Assembly: GCA_900128565.1 (NCBI GenBank)
Contig: LT635934.1
Location: forward strand, 1-42,912
Length of the DNA: 42,912 nucleotides
Direction: 5' to 3'
Source: Stramenopiles sp. TOSAG23-6
Taxonomy: Eukaryota
Shown one piece after another: positions 39,335-42,912 of the stretch (positions are counted from its first letter, which is position 1; the number at the start of each line of letters is the position of its first letter). Position numbers and translations under genes: made by a program. The notes under the pieces are model-generated. The model saw only the letters and a program-made list of their open reading frames with translations. It had not been told where the DNA came from and made no database searches.

Positions 39335-41293
39335 TTAATACAATTTATATACAATGCCTATTAAAAGAGACAACGCTATACCAAAAATAACAACTAATTG
39401 TAGCTTCTCCACACGATGAAGTAGACTATGACCGTATTGAATAATCTCTGAAAACTTCAACTTTTTGTTCACATCACGTAAATATTCAATACAATTCTTA
39501 TAATCAATATTTTCATATATGGTACAAACCAAGACATAAAATTCTCTCTCATTATTGGGAAATTTTCTTCCGATTAATTTTTCTACTAGCAGTACAATCT
39601 TTGCTATTGTAAACAAATATATTTTTCTCATTGCATGCAAAGAGAAATACGATGAGTAATTAAAATACAATGGCTTAATATCAATTCGAAAACGTTCTGC
39701 TAATTCTTCGTGACTCGATAAAGATACTTCACATTTAGCAATATAATTTTTCTGAAAATCAGGCATTGGTTTAGAAAGTAATTTTGGAATTTCACTATGG
39801 GTCCATTCATCAGGTATCCATCCAAAGCAACGACTCTTTCCTAATACATGAGGTTTCTTCATGGCAAGTCTCATTAGTGTTTTAGGTGGAATGTCATTAA
39901 ACATTTTTAAACTTAAAGCTATCACAATTTCAATATTTATTGTGCGTTGATGATCATGATCATGATCATGATCATCATTGTTATCTGTATTCGTATTTAC
40001 ACTACTATTGACACTACTATTAAATTTACTATTCAAACTACTAGAACTCGTCATAAAACTATCGTTGCTCCGAATTTTATGAGGAGTTTCATATCTAAAT
40101 GATATATTATTAGTATGTTTTTGATCAGTTTGATGATTTGAACTATTATGAGATCTATTCCTTAGTGGACTATTATGAGATCTATTCCTTAGTGGACTAT
40201 CTGAATAAATTGATGTAATGGAAACGCTACGAGAACGATGTCTTCTTCTATTAAACTTGATCCTTTCTGAGGATTTATTTTTACACTGATTTTTCTTTTT
40301 TTCGTGTAATATTGGTGAAGGCATAGTCTGGAAAAATTTATGCACTTCAGCAAAATCACATTCTGATTCTAGTAAAGCTTCTCTTTGGTGTAGTATTAAA
40401 GCACCACTGAAATATAGCGGCATCAACGGATGCGTCGCAATGAAAAAGTCAAAAATACGACAGATCGTATCAAAGTTATCAAGATGATGTGAAAACCACG
40501 TAATATACCAAGGTAGGGCAAATACAGGTCCAATACCATTTGGGCAATCTCTCAACGTCCCTGCATCTTTCAGAAACTTCCACACATCCATATCCTCTTC
40601 GTATAAAAGAACAGGAAGTAAAGCAAGGATACCCATAGTAATAGACATATCTACAGACATGATTGGACGTAAATGATACATTGAAATTTTATGTACTAAT
40701 GCTCGAGCCATGCGAGGTCCACATACTTCCATAAATATAACACATATATCATGGAATCCTTGAATATAGTATAGTCTAGAGTCTCCACCTATTATATCAT
40801 TTATCATTTCTGTAAGATCTTTCCTCTTCTTTTTCAATTGCACCTCACTCATATTCTTTGTCCGATCTAAACTGTAAAATGAACGAGCTACATCAGCATC
40901 AACTACCTTAATGTCACGGTGGTCTACTTCGTTAGCATTTGAGCATGCAGGTCCAAGATATGCGTAAGGATCAATACCTAATAATAGTGGCCAAGCTTTA
41001 GAGCGTAGCTCATGGGTAAGTAAACCACCAGGTCCAACGGCAGCAGCACGAAGGGCAGATACAGGTAATGGTCGCATCTCCAATATCGAGGAAATATGAC
41101 CAACTCGCCAAGAATGTTTTGAATTAGGTAATATAGATGACAAAGCATGGTTACCAAGTCGCTGGACAGCCTCGTCTGCTAGAGTTGCTACGTCACGTGC
41201 GGCAGTTTCGAGGTGCTCCACATCTACAATTGAGCCAATTTTCTCGCGTATTTTCTTCATATTTGGAGAATACTCTTCTTTAATATCCAACAT
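39335..41293 (-). CDS. TBC1D20: Rab GAP TBC1D20/Gyp8-like with a C-terminal TM anchor
   Basis: Motifs GGLLTHELRSKAWPLLLG, DVARS, YYIQGFHDI, FALPWYITWFSH and HPLMPLYF; C-terminal hydrophobic tail. Confidence 0.88.
   Translation of the reverse strand: MLDIKEEYSPNMKKIREKIGSIVDVEHLETAARDVATLADEAVQRLGNHALSSILPNSKHSWRVGHISSILEMRPLPVSALRAAAVGPGGLLTHELRSKAWPLLLGIDPYAYLGPACSNANEVDHRDIKVVDADVARSFYSLDRTKNMSEVQLKKKRKDLTEMINDIIGGDSRLYYIQGFHDICVIFMEVCGPRMARALVHKISMYHLRPIMSVDMSITMGILALLPVLLYEEDMDVWKFLKDAGTLRDCPNGIGPVFALPWYITWFSHHLDNFDTICRIFDFFIATHPLMPLYFSGALILHQREALLESECDFAEVHKFFQTMPSPILHEKKKNQCKNKSSERIKFNRRRHRSRSVSITSIYSDSPLRNRSHNSPLRNRSHNSSNHQTDQKHTNNISFRYETPHKIRSNDSFMTSSSSLNSKFNSSVNSSVNTNTDNNDDHDHDHDHQRTINIEIVIALSLKMFNDIPPKTLMRLAMKKPHVLGKSRCFGWIPDEWTHSEIPKLLSKPMPDFQKNYIAKCEVSLSSHEELAERFRIDIKPLYFNYSSYFSLHAMRKIYLFTIAKIVLLVEKLIGRKFPNNEREFYVLVCTIYENIDYKNCIEYLRDVNKKLKFSEIIQYGHSLLHRVEKLQLVVIFGIALSLLIGIVYKLY
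40142..40200. repeat. Coding tandem repeat, 2 x 27 bp (SPLRNRSHN)
   Basis: ACTATTATGAGATCTATTCCTTAGTGG occurs twice; a (TGATCA)n DH-repeat lies nearby at ~39948-39975. Confidence 0.9.
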
Positions 41294-41628
41294 GATCTTA
41301 TATAGACAAATATAGACAACAACAAATTCAAAGAAAATGAGTTTGTCTTAAATTGGATAAGAGTCAATGTATACGAATGGAAATGTTGTCGTTGTGAGAA
41401 GCAATTAATGTGACAACAGACTGAACTAAAATGAAAATGACACGTGGCGGTGGCTGGCCAGCTGAATTGCGATTGGCCAACCTATGAACAGTCTCGTACA
41501 AAACACAATAGCTATATCGGAAATATTATTATAGACTGCGATCACGTTATTAGCCTTATTGAAAATACTGATTCACCGCGATTGTATATCACTGACAATT
41601 TCTTTGGATTAGACGAAAGTTTTATAGA

Positions 41629-41883
41629 ATGTCTCTTCTTATAAAGAAACCGTACGTTCCTACCTTTGAGGAATTCATTGTCCAGGCCAAGTCCATGTTT
41701 CTGCAAAACCCGAAGACCAGATTTTCCATGAAGTACAGAGGTGTACCCCCAAGTTCTATCATTGTTGTAAAAGTAACAGATGACCAGCGGATTGTGAAAT
41801 TCAGGACTGATCAATATCGGGATGTAAAAGCTCTTGTTGCCTTCAACTCTTGGCTAATGACACACTGTGTCGAAGAAGATTAG
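41629..41883 (+). CDS. SRP9: Signal recognition particle 9 kDa protein
   Basis: PYV.TFEEF..A..F..NP.TRF.MKYR...VKVTDD...KFRTDQ pattern. Confidence 0.88.
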   Translation: MSLLIKKPYVPTFEEFIVQAKSMFLQNPKTRFSMKYRGVPPSSIIVVKVTDDQRIVKFRTDQYRDVKALVAFNSWLMTHCVEED

Positions 41884-41979
41884 TACGCGCTCTATAGTGA
41901 ACAATATAGTGAACAAATATATGAACGAATAAAGATATTTAATAGACAGTGCAATATATCAATATGAATTTATATTTTT

Positions 41980-42912
41980 TTAAAGTGGTTGTCTGTGTAG
42001 AACTTGATCGATTTGTTGAGTGAAATCAGCAGTATTGGTCTCAACTTTTAGTTTCTTTCCTTCACTTATGGAAGTACTTTTTGTACTTGTAGGTTTATTA
42101 TCATTTTCCTTACGCTTTCCCTGATACTTTATCTTTCCAAAATTTGTGTTCTTAAATTGAAGCCAATTATCATCAGCAGTAATAATTGCTTCTTCTATAG
42201 TTGAATCATTTTTTATCGTACTGTCATCATCAATACTATAAGACATATTATCATCAAAACCATTTGTAAGTGAAGTATTTAATGCATGAGAACTTGATCT
42301 TTTATGAAAACGGATACGATCCCTTGAATTTGTGGTAAAACCGTCGGTGATATTTGTATATATATCCCTGGTATGATCGATTCTTTGTGTGTGATTTCTT
42401 TGTATAGATGATTTTGTCCTAGAATGTTCCGTCAAAGAAAATGGTTTTCGAAGTTCTCCTAAAAGTTCGAGCATATCAGTGTATACATCACCTGTTGAAT
42501 GTGATACCTTGTCCATTTCAGTTCCTATTATCTGTAAATTGTTTTCCATCAATGTGTTGTATTTCTTCAATGATTGAAAATCCGTTTTTTGATTTTGCTC
42601 ATGAAAAATATCTTTCGTTTTTACTATATTTTTTTCCATTAATGTGTAATACTTTTTTGAAGATTTGAAATCCTTGTCTTGATTTTGCTCATGAAAAGTA
42701 TCTTTAGCTTGTAGCATGTTTTTCGCAATTTCAATTTCATCATGGGTGAAAATTTTGACATTTGAGGGAATTTGCATCTCTGTCTTTCGTTGTATTATCT
42801 TCATATCAACTGAATCTTGTTGCGTAAAATTATCATCTGTTTTAACTTGCTGTGATCTACCTGAATTTTCTAATTCGTGAAGTGTTTTAAGCTGTTCTAG
42901 TGATAGTTGTTG
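41980..42912 (-). CDS. 5'-truncated gene; shares an in-frame segment with the 1202-aa coiled-coil protein
   Basis: Frame is open to the window end (QQLSLEQLKTLHELENSGRSQQ...DMKIIQ); internal 90-bp-period repeat at ~42541-42705. Confidence 0.7.
   Translation of the reverse strand, partial: QQLSLEQLKTLHELENSGRSQQVKTDDNFTQQDSVDMKIIQRKTEMQIPSNVKIFTHDEIEIAKNMLQAKDTFHEQNQDKDFKSSKKYYTLMEKNIVKTKDIFHEQNQKTDFQSLKKYNTLMENNLQIIGTEMDKVSHSTGDVYTDMLELLGELRKPFSLTEHSRTKSSIQRNHTQRIDHTRDIYTNITDGFTTNSRDRIRFHKRSSSHALNTSLTNGFDDNMSYSIDDDSTIKNDSTIEEAIITADDNWLQFKNTNFGKIKYQGKRKENDNKPTSTKSTSISEGKKLKVETNTADFTQQIDQVLHRQPL
42858..42912 (-). repeat. Exact 55-bp inverted copy of 33599-33653
   Basis: The reverse complement reads CAACAACTATCACTAGAACAGCTTAAAACACTTCACGAATTAGAAAATTCAGGTA, identical to 33599-33653. 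Confidence 0.97.

Noticed and set aside
41444-41500. GC-richer hairpin-like stretch near SRP9 as possible SRP RNA
   Set aside because: Too short, with no Alu/S-domain motifs recognisable; more likely promoter sequence.

Overview
Gene-dense, AT-rich, intron-poor eukaryotic nuclear DNA read with the standard genetic code. It most likely comes from a flagellated stramenopile, inferred from a PSTALRE CDK, an N-terminal insert in RPL10A, the TOP1 'MWVIDVLALRVGGEK' motif, and kinesin-2 and TMEM107 ciliary genes. About 23 protein genes are present: RPL10A, PIGO, kinesin-2, Rab22-like, RNASEH2C, TOP1, EIF3K, BRX1, TMEM107, ACADSB, CDKA2-like, an HS2ST-like sulfotransferase, TBC1D20, SRP9, and several EGF, EF-hand, coiled-coil or unknown proteins. 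Main points of interest: (1) a 94-nt non-canonical (GT-AT or AT-AC) intron in TOP1, with inverted ends, a junction duplication and a 20-nt motif shared with a TIR-bounded element at 1-1334, suggesting an Introner-like origin; (2) a chromodomain + CDK-site/RS linker + degenerate YhhN membrane-domain fusion with lamin B receptor-like architecture; (3) a C/D snoRNA with a U37-type guide in the RPL10A intron; (4) an exact 55-bp inverted, in-frame duplication at the window end; (5) shared E2F-like and telo-box promoter motifs. All protein family calls are from motif recognition by eye; no database search was run.
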